This document shows, piece by piece, positions 30,201 to 41,225 of a stretch of 64,000 bases of DNA. The DNA lies in assembly GCA_016191105.1 (NCBI GenBank), contig JACPPH010000005.1, positions 721 through 64,720 on the forward strand, read 5' to 3'. The number at the start of each line of letters is the position of its first letter. The first letter of the stretch is position 1. The translations under genes and the position numbers were made by a program. The notes beneath the pieces are model-generated. The model made no database searches and was not told where the DNA came from. It saw nothing but the letters and a program-made list of their open reading frames with translations. This DNA comes from Candidatus Saccharimonadota bacterium (GTDB lineage: Bacteria; Patescibacteriota; Saccharimonadia; CAILAD01; BJGX01).

Positions 30201-30993
30201 CCACCGTAACCGGCCCCACACCGCCAGGGACTGGCGAGATGTAGCTGGCTTTTTCTTTCACACTGCTAAAATCAACGTCACCCTTTAGTTCACCGCCCAC
30301 ATCCATGGTGCCGGCATCTATCACAACCGCCCCCTTCTTAACCATATCGCCCGTAACTAGGCCAGCTTTGCCGGCGGCAGAGATAATAACATCGGCTTTT
30401 TGCAGGGTGCCGCTAAAATCTTCGGTTTGTCGGTGGGCTACAGTTACATCTTGGCTTTCGCTGGCTAAAATATCGTGCAGTGGTTTGCCCACCAACTGGC
30501 CGCGACCAACAATAACGATGTGTTTGCCCTTTAATTCAATATCCTCTCGGCGCAAGAGTTCCAGAATAGACTTGGGAGTAGCTGGCACTAGCGGGGCTTT
30601 GTCGGTTTTTAACAACTCCTGGCTGGTGCTGCTCAGCCCATCCACATCCTTTTCGGCCGGTATGTGGTCGAGCAGCTCTTGAGCACTGCCCCAACCATTA
30701 AAGGGCAGCTGGGCAATTATGCCATGAACTTTTAGGTCTTCAGCAAGCCCAGCTACAATCTTTTCGCACTCAGCTGGCGATTGACTGCTCAAGTCTAAGT
30801 ACTCGGTAGCTATGTCGAGCTCGCCAGCCCGGCGTTGCTTCATGCGAATATAAACTTTCGAAGGTTCGTCGGGATTAACGCCAATAATAACTAGCTTGGG
30901 CTGCACCCCGGCTTTTGCTAGCTTTTCTACACGAGGCTTAAGGTCTTTATAAACTTTTTGGGCGATCTTGCGGCCATCTATGATTTTGGTCAT
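30145..30993 (-). CDS. folD: bifunctional methylenetetrahydrofolate dehydrogenase/cyclohydrolase
   Basis: Typical FolD N-terminus (MTKIIDGRKIAQKV) and Rossmann region; 282 aa. Confidence 0.85.
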   Translation of the reverse strand: MTKIIDGRKIAQKVYKDLKPRVEKLAKAGVQPKLVIIGVNPDEPSKVYIRMKQRRAGELDIATEYLDLSSQSPAECEKIVAGLAEDLKVHGIIAQLPFNGWGSAQELLDHIPAEKDVDGLSSTSQELLKTDKAPLVPATPKSILELLRREDIELKGKHIVIVGRGQLVGKPLHDILASESQDVTVAHRQTEDFSGTLQKADVIISAAGKAGLVTGDMVKKGAVVIDAGTMDVGGELKGDVDFSSVKEKASYISPVPGGVGPVTVAMLLENVVEAAENLSSPQ

Positions 30994-31044
30994 AACTTAA
31001 TTCTATCAAAAAAGAGCCAATAGGCTCTAATGTTGGAATAATTT

Positions 31045-31542
31045 ATGGTGGCCCTTTTCCAACGGCTTTCGAATCCGCGCGGCGCGTTGGCGAATTCCCC
31101 TGAGGCATCCGATGAAATCGGCGCTGATGCGACACCTGAACCGTCTGGCACAACGACCGATCGGACTGTCCAGAAGCAAGTTCGACTCTCGTCTGAGCAA
31201 GTTGACGACCTCGTGGCCGCGTATCAGGCCGGGTGCTCAGTCCGTGACTGCGCACGGGACTTTGGCGTCCACCGGACAACTGTCATGAGTCATCTCGAGC
31301 GTCGCGGCGTTGAGCGGCGGGCACAGGGCCGCAAACTTGACGACGAAGCGGTAGCCCATGCCCGCTCGTTGTTCGCCGCTGGCCAGTCGGCTGCCTCGAT
31401 CGCTCGCGAGTACGAGGTAGATGCGGAGACAGTTCGCCGAGCGCTGCACAACGACTATCTAACGTCGTCGCTGCCGAGCACACAGCAACCTCGTCTGACG
31501 TCAGTGGAACAACGGCCGATCAACGCGGAGTGCCGGAGATGA
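31045..31542 (+). CDS. tandem helix-turn-helix DNA-binding protein (resolvase-HTH / sigma-70 region-4-like)
   Basis: Two repeats of an HTH module (…AGCSVRDCARDFGVHRTTVMSHL… and …AGQSAASIAREYEVDAETVRRAL…). Confidence 0.5.
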   Translation: MVALFQRLSNPRGALANSPEASDEIGADATPEPSGTTTDRTVQKQVRLSSEQVDDLVAAYQAGCSVRDCARDFGVHRTTVMSHLERRGVERRAQGRKLDDEAVAHARSLFAAGQSAASIAREYEVDAETVRRALHNDYLTSSLPSTQQPRLTSVEQRPINAECRR

Positions 31543-32272
31543 CGACATACCCATAGTCCTTCTCAGGCGCGGTCACGAGGTCGGCATTCTGCTCAGACCA
31601 TCGGCCGGTAGTGATGTCGTTCTCAAGTCGTTGCATTGCGGTCGCGAGGTCACGGTCACCGATGCGCGCGAAGGCCGAGATGTTCCGGCGTACCCGGGGA
31701 TTGAGATACTGCTGAGGGCGTCGCCAGAATGCTTCGTATATACCGTCCTCAAAGTCCCACGGAAGTGGGAACGGACGCACCGAACCATCATTCAGATACT
31801 CGGTTATCTCTCCGATAGCAGGAAAGTTCGACCAGTCCTCGTCAAGCAGTTGAGGAAGGTACTGTCGTTCAAGCCAAAAGTCGTACTCGCAATCAGGATC
31901 TTGGGTGATGATCACCACCCTCGAAACACCAACGCGACAGACTTCGTCCAAGCCCAGTCGCCAGTCCTTCCAATGATGCAATGTGTGAACCGCGAGCACT
32001 CCACTCACGGACTTTGATCGTAGTGGGAGGTCTTCAGCAACGGCTCGCACTGAGATACCGCCCCCTCGCTGCGAAAGCATCGTTCTCGATGGGTCAAGAC
32101 CGATGACGAACTTGTCCGGCGGCTCGTACGAACCGCTACCGCATCCGACGTTTACAACCGAGTCGGTTCCACCTAGAAGTCGATCCACGATTTCGCGTAG
32201 ACGAGGATCAGTCCTTCTCGTCTCTGCGTATCCCGCGTCGAAGGCATTCGCCCCCAAGCCTGGAACAGTCAT
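31520..32272 (-). CDS. class I SAM-dependent methyltransferase
   Basis: VVNVGCGSG motif I and downstream acidic post-I residues. Confidence 0.7.
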   Translation of the reverse strand: MTVPGLGANAFDAGYAETRRTDPRLREIVDRLLGGTDSVVNVGCGSGSYEPPDKFVIGLDPSRTMLSQRGGGISVRAVAEDLPLRSKSVSGVLAVHTLHHWKDWRLGLDEVCRVGVSRVVIITQDPDCEYDFWLERQYLPQLLDEDWSNFPAIGEITEYLNDGSVRPFPLPWDFEDGIYEAFWRRPQQYLNPRVRRNISAFARIGDRDLATAMQRLENDITTGRWSEQNADLVTAPEKDYGYVVISGTPR

Positions 32273-33348
32273 TGCTTTTGCAGTTCCGGGTGTTGACGAA
32301 GAAGGCGAACTGGATCAGAGCTCGCCACGAACCACAGGCGAAAGAATCGCCGAATGTAGGCGTCATACTCAACTGCGGGCTCAGATGGCATCCGAAACAT
32401 GAACAGGTACACCCGGAAGTACACGTCACGCAAGATCAATGCTGCCTCCGCTCGTTGCAACTCTCGCATCGTCGTAGACCTCTCGCTCAATGGCACGAGG
32501 CCAAACAATCCGGCATCCGCCAAGGCCAATTCGGATGGCACTGTCAGTGCTTCCAGTCCATCCGCCTCTGGCAATACGTAACCGTCGAGGTGAAGACATT
32601 CGTGGCCGGTCTTTCTCGCGAAATCCGAGAACAGACGCCACCGACTAATCGATCGACTGCCGGAACCGGTGATCTCAAAAGACAGCCACTCGACACCATC
32701 AAGCTTCGCAATGATCAATTCGAGTTTGGCGACAAGATGACGAGATATTTCACCTTGTCCGATGCCTGCCACATTCTGGGCCCCGAAGAATCCGACATAG
32801 AGCTGACGACTCTTGCGCAATGCGATCGCCTTGACGAATCCCACCACCTCGTTGCCTGACTTTGCGACTACGAGGAGATGAATTGGATCCTCAGCATCGG
32901 CCATCCATAGCTTGTGCATGGCCCTCATGGTCTTGGGCGAGTATCGCTTGTCGCCGAGCCACACGGCCAGCTTGTCCGGCGATACTCGATCGCAGTCCTC
33001 GATGAGGTCAATGTATTGATGCACGAAGCGGTCTACCGTCGCCGGCCGTCGTGGGTTCAGTACACACCGCACGTGGCGCTTGTACTTGTCGTACATCAGG
33101 TAGGCGAAGAACCCGCCAATCGTCGCGCCCACGATCGCCACCGTCCATGCACCAATTGGGCTCGCTGTTCCATTTGGGTCAGAAGGCGTCTGCGAGGGCT
33201 TCGGTTCGGTGCCCGTCGACACGGCTGAAGACGGCGGATCTTCGCTAGCTATTGCAGTGACTGGTGTTGCCACGCCAAGAGAAACGACGAAAGCACATGC
33301 GCCGAGTACGCAGAGACAAAGGGATCGGACGAGGTCTCGGCAACCCAT
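32269..33348 (-). CDS. hypothetical lipoprotein/membrane protein (start assumed at MGCRDL; the tracked ORF extends to 33414)
   Basis: LCLCVLGAC lipobox-like signal, Pro/Ser-rich linker, TM helix; C-terminal domain unassigned. Confidence 0.4.
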   Translation of the reverse strand: MGCRDLVRSLCLCVLGACAFVVSLGVATPVTAIASEDPPSSAVSTGTEPKPSQTPSDPNGTASPIGAWTVAIVGATIGGFFAYLMYDKYKRHVRCVLNPRRPATVDRFVHQYIDLIEDCDRVSPDKLAVWLGDKRYSPKTMRAMHKLWMADAEDPIHLLVVAKSGNEVVGFVKAIALRKSRQLYVGFFGAQNVAGIGQGEISRHLVAKLELIIAKLDGVEWLSFEITGSGSRSISRWRLFSDFARKTGHECLHLDGYVLPEADGLEALTVPSELALADAGLFGLVPLSERSTTMRELQRAEAALILRDVYFRVYLFMFRMPSEPAVEYDAYIRRFFRLWFVASSDPVRLLRQHPELQKQ

Positions 33349-33692
33349 TCCGCTTCTCCGTACTTCCGGTAGTAGCTCCTGTACGTGCACTCGGGGGATG
33401 GCCCCCACCAACACGGTAGGTAAAAATAGCAGGTGATACCTCGATTCCCCAGTTCAATTATCGCTAGACCCCGGATCGGAGCGTACGCCTGATACTCGAC
33501 TGTCCGCTTCAGAGACCTGACCACTCGCGGAGCCAGCGTCTCGACGACGTCGGTGGCCGCGTCCAAGTGTGCTTCTCGGCCATCCGCAGTCACAGCCACC
33601 ACGTCGAGCGAGAGCGGATGAGCGTCATATCGTGGCAACGTTGTGCTGGCCCGCGGCCGAGGCCGTTGGGGTGACTGCTGCTCCCCCTGCAT
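33249..33692 (-). CDS. hypothetical protein (overlaps the downstream ORF by ~100 bp; possible frameshifted fusion)
   Basis: The 147-aa ORF shares 33249-33348 with the 32269..33348 ORF in a different frame; could be one disrupted gene. Confidence 0.25.
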   Translation of the reverse strand: MQGEQQSPQRPRPRASTTLPRYDAHPLSLDVVAVTADGREAHLDAATDVVETLAPRVVRSLKRTVEYQAYAPIRGLAIIELGNRGITCYFYLPCWWGPSPECTYRSYYRKYGEAEWVAETSSDPFVSAYSAHVLSSFLLAWQHQSLQ

Positions 33693-33695
33693 GAG

Positions 33696-34421
33696 CTAGT
33701 GCGGATCGCCAAGCATCGACCGGATCGAGATCTCCTCCACCACTGCCTGAGGCGAGAGGCTGAGGACGGCAGCCAGCAGTATGCCATGGTCATCCGGATC
33801 GAGAAGGCGCCCTTCCGGGAGTTCCTCGTCTGCCCACATGTCTGTCGCCGTCGCACCCGCCGCAAGATGCGTTACACCGATGTTCTCTCCGACAAGCTCT
33901 TTTCGAAGGTTCTGAGCAAATCCCCGCAGCCCCCATTTCGTGATCCCATAGTGCGCACCTCCCGGATAGGGCTCGAAGCCTGCGGTGGAGCCCGTTATCA
34001 CTATCCTCCTCCGCGTCCCACGCTTCAGAAGCGGGAGCATGCAGTGCGCGATGTCCATGTTCGCCAGTAGATTCACGCGGAGTTGAGTCAGAAAATCGTC
34101 GCTCGCGCCGTCTACCGCGTCACCGTCCAGGTAGATCCCGCCATTTAGCACGAGCACGTCGAGTTGGTCACGATGGGTCGCCACGGCGTCTGCGATCGCG
34201 CGAGGGCTTCCTTCGTCGGCTAGGTCCGCGGATACGCGAAATTGCTTGCATTCTGGGGCCAGCTCGTCCAGCCGCTTGCTTATTGCGTCCAACGCTCGAT
34301 CGGTACGCGCATGAAGAAATATCGCGTCGGCCATCGGCGCCGTCGCACATGCCATCGCGAAGCCGATTCCCCGCGACGCGCCGGTGATCAATATAGAGTC
34401 AATTCGCCTGCTCTCACTCAT
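33696..34421 (-). CDS. SDR-family short-chain dehydrogenase/reductase
   Basis: ILITGASRGIG cofactor motif; 241 aa. Confidence 0.8.
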   Translation of the reverse strand: MSESRRIDSILITGASRGIGFAMACATAPMADAIFLHARTDRALDAISKRLDELAPECKQFRVSADLADEGSPRAIADAVATHRDQLDVLVLNGGIYLDGDAVDGASDDFLTQLRVNLLANMDIAHCMLPLLKRGTRRRIVITGSTAGFEPYPGGAHYGITKWGLRGFAQNLRKELVGENIGVTHLAAGATATDMWADEELPEGRLLDPDDHGILLAAVLSLSPQAVVEEISIRSMLGDPH

Positions 34422-34480
34422 GATCTACTCCTCGTTACCTTCCAATTGTCGCGTAGTCTTACTGCAAATACAAGGTATCA

Positions 34481-35095
34481 CTAGCCGATAAGGCCGCTAA
34501 GCCAGGTTTCCACCGATGTTCCCAGCGAAGGAAGGTGGTAACCGCCTTCCTGAACTACCACCGTTGGGATACCCAAGGCCCCAACTCGAGTGGCGGCGCC
34601 CTCATATCCACCAAGCGTAAGCAGAAAATCGCCAAGTTGATCGTCAACATAGGTATCGAGCCCAAGAGACAGCACCAAGTATGCGGGCTCGAATCGTGCG
34701 ATTTCGTCGCATGCTGCCTTCAGACATTCAAGGTAAGCGGGGTCAGACGTGCCGGTTGGTAGCGGAAAGTTCCTGTTAGCACCAATGCCATCCGATTTAC
34801 CCAGCTCCGTGGCCCGACCAGAGAAATAGGGATAAGCATGGTCTGGATCTCCGTGGATTGAGACATACAACACGTCTCCACGCGTATAGAACAGGTCCTG
34901 TGTTCCATTTCCATGATGGAAGTCCACATCCAAAATTGCTACCCGCTGTCCGCCTTCGCAGAGGAACTCCGCCGCCGCCGCGGCATTGTTGAAATAGCAG
35001 TAGCCGCCGAAACTTGCTCTACCTGCATGGTGGCCGGGTGGACGGCAGAGTGCGTATGCAGATCGATCGCCCAAGACCATGAGGGCCATGCACAA
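34481..35095 (-). pseudogene. histone-deacetylase/acetoin-utilisation (AcuC)-family protein, N-terminally truncated
   Basis: CRPPGHHA...ILDVDFHHGNGTQD core is present, but ~100 residues normally preceding it are missing. The upstream sequence is a duplicated fragment of another gene. Confidence 0.55.
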
Positions 35096-35163
35096 GCTAT
35101 GGATGGCCGATGCTGAGGATCCAATTCATCTCCTCGTAGTCGCAAAGTCAGGCAACGAGGTGG
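35086..35163. repeat. ~78-bp inverted duplicate of 32858-32937 (fragment of the 32269..33348 gene) abutting the tRNA-Val(TAC) 3' end
   Basis: Exact reverse-complement match: ...ATGGCCGATGCTGAGGATCCAATTCATCTCCTCGTAGTCGCAAAGTCAGGCAACGAGGTGGTGGG... Confidence 0.85.
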
Positions 35164-35237
35164 TGGGCGATGTAGGACTCGAACCTACGACCTCCTCGGT
35201 GTAAACGAGATGCTCTAGCCAACTGAGCTAATCGCCC
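35161..35237 (-). tRNA. tRNA-Val (anticodon TAC)
   Basis: GGGCGAT acceptor, anticodon loop TTTACAC, GGTTCGAGT T-loop, CCA encoded. Confidence 0.8.
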
Positions 35238-35352
35238 TTGTTATTTGGGTGCCCGCAAAAGTTCAGACTTTTGTGGGAGAAGGAACATTAATGCAAGAGT
35301 TACAAATGCAAATTGGTAATTTGTCTTTATCAACTGAAGCATTAAAGTGCTG

Positions 35353-35429
35353 TGGTGCGGGTAGTGGGACTCTAACCCACGGCCTCATCCTTGGCAAGGA
35401 TGCGCTCTAAACAACTGAGCTATACCCGC
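35353..35429 (-). tRNA. tRNA-Gly (anticodon GCC)
   Basis: GCGGGTA acceptor, anticodon loop TTGCCAA, CCA encoded. Confidence 0.75.
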
Positions 35430-35430
35430 T

Positions 35431-35506
35431 TGGTGGCGCCTGCTGGAATCGAACCAGCGACGCATGGCTCTTCAGGCCATCGCTCTACCAACTGAGCTAA
35501 GGCGCC
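35431..35506 (-). tRNA. tRNA-Phe (anticodon GAA)
   Basis: GGCGCCT acceptor, anticodon loop CTGAAGA, GGTTCGATT T-loop, CCA encoded. Confidence 0.8.
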
Positions 35507-35774
35507 TTAACGGCCAAAACCATTCTCGCTTTTGGCCGGGCATAAACAACTAAATAACGCAACTTATAATACCAAATTTTTGCACCTTTTTCTACCCCTT
35601 TATAAGATTAGCTATAACAGGTATAATATGGTGGTCTTGAGCTTGCGATTTGCCGCTTTAGTGAACTAATCCGCCGCAAGGCGGATGTTTGATAAGCGAG
35701 AGGAAAAATGAACACGCAAAAAAGTTGAAAATTAAATACTTTTTTGTTTTCAATATCAAGAAGTTTATTTTGAC

Positions 35775-35848
35775 GAGGCACGTTGGCCGAGTGGTTAGGC
35801 AAAGGTCTGCAAAACCTTTTACGCCGGTTCGATTCCGGTACGTGCCTC
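35775..35848 (+). tRNA. tRNA-Cys (anticodon GCA)
   Basis: GAGGCAC acceptor, anticodon loop CTGCAAA, GGTTCGATT T-loop. Confidence 0.75.
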
Positions 35849-35851
35849 CAA

Positions 35852-35936
35852 GCGCGGGTGGTGGAACTGGTATACACGACGGACTTAAAATCCGTTGCCT
35901 CACGGCTTGCGGGTTCGAGTCCCGCCCCGCGCACCA
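35852..35936 (+). tRNA. tRNA-Leu (anticodon TAA)
   Basis: Long variable arm, anticodon loop CTTAAAA, CCA encoded. Confidence 0.8.
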
Positions 35937-35948
35937 AGTAATAATTAA

Positions 35949-37565
<1,617 letters not shown>

Positions 37566-37736
37566 AAAATTTGAAAACTTAAATGGCCGCCCCGGTGCAC
37601 TCAATCCAAGTTGCCCTGAACTGACCCGAGACGGCCATTAAAAAAGACAACTTGTCCGATTGAGAGCAAACTCATTATAGCAAAAATTCTTTTTGTTGGG
37701 CAAATCAAATCCGAGACAGAATTAAATCGCACAAGA

Positions 37737-37865
37737 GCAAACCTCGTTTTGGCCAACCGCGAGGCGCGCCTGCGCGCGCCGAGCGGAGAGGATTTACCTC
37801 CACAAAATCAATGGGCGGCACTTTGTGCCGCCCACGATCTGGCTCTCAAAAAGCCGAAAAGTTTT
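37737..37865. repeat. ~129-bp perfect inverted repeat, right copy (upstream of the recombinase 2 start)
   Basis: Reverse complement of 36022-36150. Confidence 0.9.
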
Positions 37866-38293
37866 GTCTTGGTGTATTTATACAACCGCGCTCGAACCTA
37901 TTTTAGCAAAAATCTCTAACCGAAACCAATCGCTCCGCCCCGCCGCCAGCCGCCGCAAAGCGGCGGCCTGCCTCGCAGAAAAACCTTCTTTACAATTTTG
38001 ACTTTGCGCGCGCCACTAAAAAATTCTTCTAAAAAGGAAAAGAAAGTTTTTCTGCTCGGCTCCGCGCTCAATCGCGCGGGGCGGCGGGGCTTCGCTTCGG
38101 CTCGGGCGGGGCGGAATTCCCCCCCCACACCCCCCATCCGCCACGCCCTCGCTTCCGGCGGCTATTTTTTCGACGGGCTTGTCTTTTCCTTGTCCCACCT
38201 CCCAGCGCGGAAAAGATTGAGGAGCTCCCTATGAATAGAATACTTGTTGTCCTTTTTCTTTTTGTCTGCTATCATTTGAATGTAGGTTCAAAT

Positions 38294-38611
38294 ATGAAAA
38301 AGAACGAACTCAAAAAGGAACTCAAGAATAAGGAAGCAATTCTCGCGTGTGCGCGAGAATTTAACATGGTCGGCGATCCAACACGCCTGAAAATTTGTTA
38401 TCTCTTGTGCCGCCACAAAGAACTTTCGGTCGGTGAGATTACCGAAGTCGTCGGCGTTTCGGTTTCTGCCGTTTCTCATACGCTTCGTAAGCTCCAAAAA
38501 GCGAATATGGTTGAAAGCCGCCGCGAATTCCGCACCGTTTATTATAAACTTAAGAAATCACCTGTCGTCGAGGTGATGAAAGAAAGAATCACCCATTATG
38601 AAAACATTTGA
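38294..38611 (+). CDS. ArsR/SmtB-family metalloregulatory transcriptional repressor
   Basis: DPTRLKICYLLCRHKELSVGEITEVVGVSVSAVSHTLRKL winged-HTH with CxC metal-site-like cysteines; start taken at MKKNELKK. Confidence 0.7.
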   Translation: MKKNELKKELKNKEAILACAREFNMVGDPTRLKICYLLCRHKELSVGEITEVVGVSVSAVSHTLRKLQKANMVESRREFRTVYYKLKKSPVVEVMKERITHYENI

Positions 38612-40001
38612 CCTTATCATTATCGGAGGCGGAGCCGGAGCATTCGCGGCGGCAATTCGTGCTAACGAACTTAAAGCGAAAACGGCTCTTGTGAATGCCG
38701 GGCTTCCACTCGGCGGCACCTGTGTCAATGTCGGGTGTGTTCCCTCAAAGACGCTTCTTTATGCTGGCGAAATTTTGCACCATGCCAAACATCACGGCGT
38801 TACTGGCGTTGAGCTTGAAGTGAAAAACTTTGATTTTCAAAAAGTCGTGCATGACGAGCTTTCGCTTGTGGAGAAATTGCGCCAAGAAAAATACGAAAAG
38901 GTGCTCAAAAGTTTAGAATATGTAACGGCAGTTGAGGGTAAGGCAAAGTTTATTTCTCAAAACGAGGTGGAAGTGAACGGCGAAACATTGAGTGCGGAAA
39001 AATTTATCATCGCCGTGGGCTCCACTGCCAATGTTCCGCCGATTGAGGGAATACGAGAGACGGGGTTTGTCACGCATATTGAGGCGTTGCGCCTAGAAAA
39101 GCAACCGAAAGAATTGGTTGTGGTCGGTGCAGGGCCGCTTGGCTTGGAATTTGCTCAAATGTTTTCTCGCTTTGGCACGAAAGTAACCATTTTACACCGC
39201 GGCGACTCAATTTTCCCGCACTCTGAAAAAGCACTCACTGATCGCCTCGCCGAAATACTCTCAAAGGAAGGAATAACAATCAAAACGAATGTTGAGATAA
39301 AAAGCGTGCGCAAAGAGGGCGATAAAAATGTTGTCTCGTATCAAATCGGCGAGGCACAAGAGGAAGTATCCGCTGACGAAATACTTTTGGCGGCAGGCAA
39401 AACGCCTAACACGCAAGGACTCCGTCTTGATGTTGTTAGTGTTGAAATAAATAAAGGTCAAGCGGTAGTCGTCAATCAGTATTTCCAAACATCCAATCCG
39501 AAAGTTTTTGCCGTTGGAGATGTTACCAATGGTCCTTTACGGCTTGAACCAACTGCCGGACGTGAGGGAACGCTTGCCGCAGAAAATGCGCTCAAAGGCA
39601 CAACACTTTCGATTGATTACAATGCCGTGCCTTACACCATTTTTACCGACCCTCAGCTTGCCGGAGTTGGTTTCACCGAAGACGAGCAAATGAAGCAAAT
39701 GGGCGTTTGCGCCTGCCGCACCGTTTCGTTTGAGGATGTGCCCAAAGCAATTATTATGCGGCGCACAGAAGGAATGATAAAAATGGCGATTCATCCGCAG
39801 ACAAAACAAATTCTCGGCGTGCATATTCTCGCACCGAATGCTGGAGAACTCATCGCTGAAGCGATGGTATTGGTGAAGAACAAAAACACGATTGACGATG
39901 TGGTGAATTCTCTGCCGATGTTCCCAACACTTTCGGAGGCAATAAAAATCGTCGCACTTTCGTTTACAAAAGATATTTCTAAATTAAGTTGTTGTATATG
40001 A
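38598..40001 (+). CDS. merA: pyridine nucleotide-disulfide oxidoreductase, mercuric reductase (MerA)-like core
   Basis: GGTCVNVGCVPSK redox-active disulfide; C-terminal vicinal Cys pair (...KLSCCI*), the MerA hallmark; no N-terminal metal-binding (NmerA) domain. Confidence 0.6.
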   Translation: MKTFDLIIIGGGAGAFAAAIRANELKAKTALVNAGLPLGGTCVNVGCVPSKTLLYAGEILHHAKHHGVTGVELEVKNFDFQKVVHDELSLVEKLRQEKYEKVLKSLEYVTAVEGKAKFISQNEVEVNGETLSAEKFIIAVGSTANVPPIEGIRETGFVTHIEALRLEKQPKELVVVGAGPLGLEFAQMFSRFGTKVTILHRGDSIFPHSEKALTDRLAEILSKEGITIKTNVEIKSVRKEGDKNVVSYQIGEAQEEVSADEILLAAGKTPNTQGLRLDVVSVEINKGQAVVVNQYFQTSNPKVFAVGDVTNGPLRLEPTAGREGTLAAENALKGTTLSIDYNAVPYTIFTDPQLAGVGFTEDEQMKQMGVCACRTVSFEDVPKAIIMRRTEGMIKMAIHPQTKQILGVHILAPNAGELIAEAMVLVKNKNTIDDVVNSLPMFPTLSEAIKIVALSFTKDISKLSCCI

Positions 40002-40084
40002 AAAACGACGATAAAACGTTTCTTAAAATCGGGATTATAGGGGCATTTCTCGCTTCGCTCTGTTGTCTCCCCCCTTATTTTGAT
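39998..40084 (+). pseudogene. 28-aa MerT/MerF-like N-terminal stub (MKNDDKTFLKIGIIGAFLASLCCLPPYF*)
   Basis: Vicinal Cys pair in a first-TM context, like the MerT CC motif; overlaps the merA stop (ATGA). Followed by ~530 bp of non-coding-looking DNA. Confidence 0.4.
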
Positions 40085-40619
40085 TGCGTTCGGGGTACAA
40101 AGGAGCAGCATTGAACGACGAAGCGACACGAACCACTGAACTCGCTCCGCTTTCTAAAACTTTTGGACTTTAATTTGATTCTCGTGCATTTTTCAAAGCA
40201 CGAGCCCACCAAAGAAGTCTCTCTCGAACCCCATCCGAACAATGTTTCGGCGGGGTTCTTTGATTCGGCTTCCAGGTCGTTCGCGAGGTCGTCGCGTCGG
40301 AGGGTGGCGTACGGCTCCTTCAAGATCGCTCGAACAACACCCTCGGTATCGATGCCACCGCTTTGCGCTCTCTACAGAAGGTCTTCGAGCTTGCTGACCT
40401 CGCTCTTGATCGCGTCGCGGGTGATGGACCAAGCCGAGGCGTTGGAGGTCAGTGTGTTGGACAGCCAGGCGACGCCGAGTCTGTCATTGACACGATCTTG
40501 GCTCCCAGTCGATTGTGGCGCAAAAAAACCGGCTTTACAGAAGTCACTTTCTACTACTTCGACATGATGAGCACCAACTAGCCTATCTACCAAATTAAAG
40601 TTGTTCTGGTATAATCTCA

Positions 40620-41225
40620 TTGATGTTGCAAAAATTCAGTAAAGAGATATTTTCCGATCCAGATGTTCACCACATGAGTATCCCGGAGTTTGTAGCCGAA
40701 CACATGGCAAATAGGCTTAATAACTACGACTCTGCTGTTGAGTTATGCTCTGGAGTGGGCATGCTCTGTGTAATCCTGGCCAAGCAGATTAATCATGTAA
40801 CGGGTATAGATATCAATGCCGATCGCATTAATATGTCTCAAAAGAATGCCGAACTATACGGCGTAAGCAAAAAAACTGGATTCGTCTTGGGCGATGTCTT
40901 AGCCCCAGAGCTTCTAAAGAAGCAATCCGCCGAAGTTGTGATTCTAGATCCTGACTGGAGGGAAGGTGGACCAAAGGGGGAGTTCCCGCCACTTTTAGAA
41001 AAAACCAACCCCAGCTCAAAAACACTGTTTGATCTAGCGAAACGATGGATAGCACCAAATATTGTAATTCGTGCACCAAAAACTATTCCGGTTGATGAAT
41101 TTAACAAATATGGCGCTTGTGAAATTGAGAACGTTATCTGGGACGGGAGTCTTAAGTTTAAGATTGCATACTACACGCCAAACATGGAACAAACTATCGA
41201 GAAAGAGGTAGTCTTTGAAGGATGA
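40620..41225 (+). CDS. class I SAM-dependent methyltransferase
   Basis: VELCSGVGML motif I and VVILDPDW motif IV-like segment. Confidence 0.6.
   Translation: MMLQKFSKEIFSDPDVHHMSIPEFVAEHMANRLNNYDSAVELCSGVGMLCVILAKQINHVTGIDINADRINMSQKNAELYGVSKKTGFVLGDVLAPELLKKQSAEVVILDPDWREGGPKGEFPPLLEKTNPSSKTLFDLAKRWIAPNIVIRAPKTIPVDEFNKYGACEIENVIWDGSLKFKIAYYTPNMEQTIEKEVVFEG

Larger units (their letters stand above)
31040..35160. other. high-GC (~62%) genomic island, probably acquired from a high-GC (actinobacterial-type) donor
   Basis: Sharp compositional shift at 31040 (after the AT-rich folD promoter) and at 35160 (tRNA-Val 3' end); Arg/Ala-rich codon usage. Confidence 0.6.

Noticed and set aside
37916-38234. 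Three overlapping ORFs (Arg/Gly/Ala-rich) in the GC-rich stretch before the ArsR gene
   Set aside because: Low-complexity translations driven by GC runs (e.g. CCCCCCCACACCCCCC); no RBS. Treated as non-coding remnant.
40163-40620. ORFs 40163..40567 (+) and 40372..40620 (-) after the MerT-like stub
   Set aside because: Mutually overlapping, Ser/Arg-rich, no start context. The region looks like degraded DNA. The last ~80 aa of the minus ORF could be real, but there is no support.
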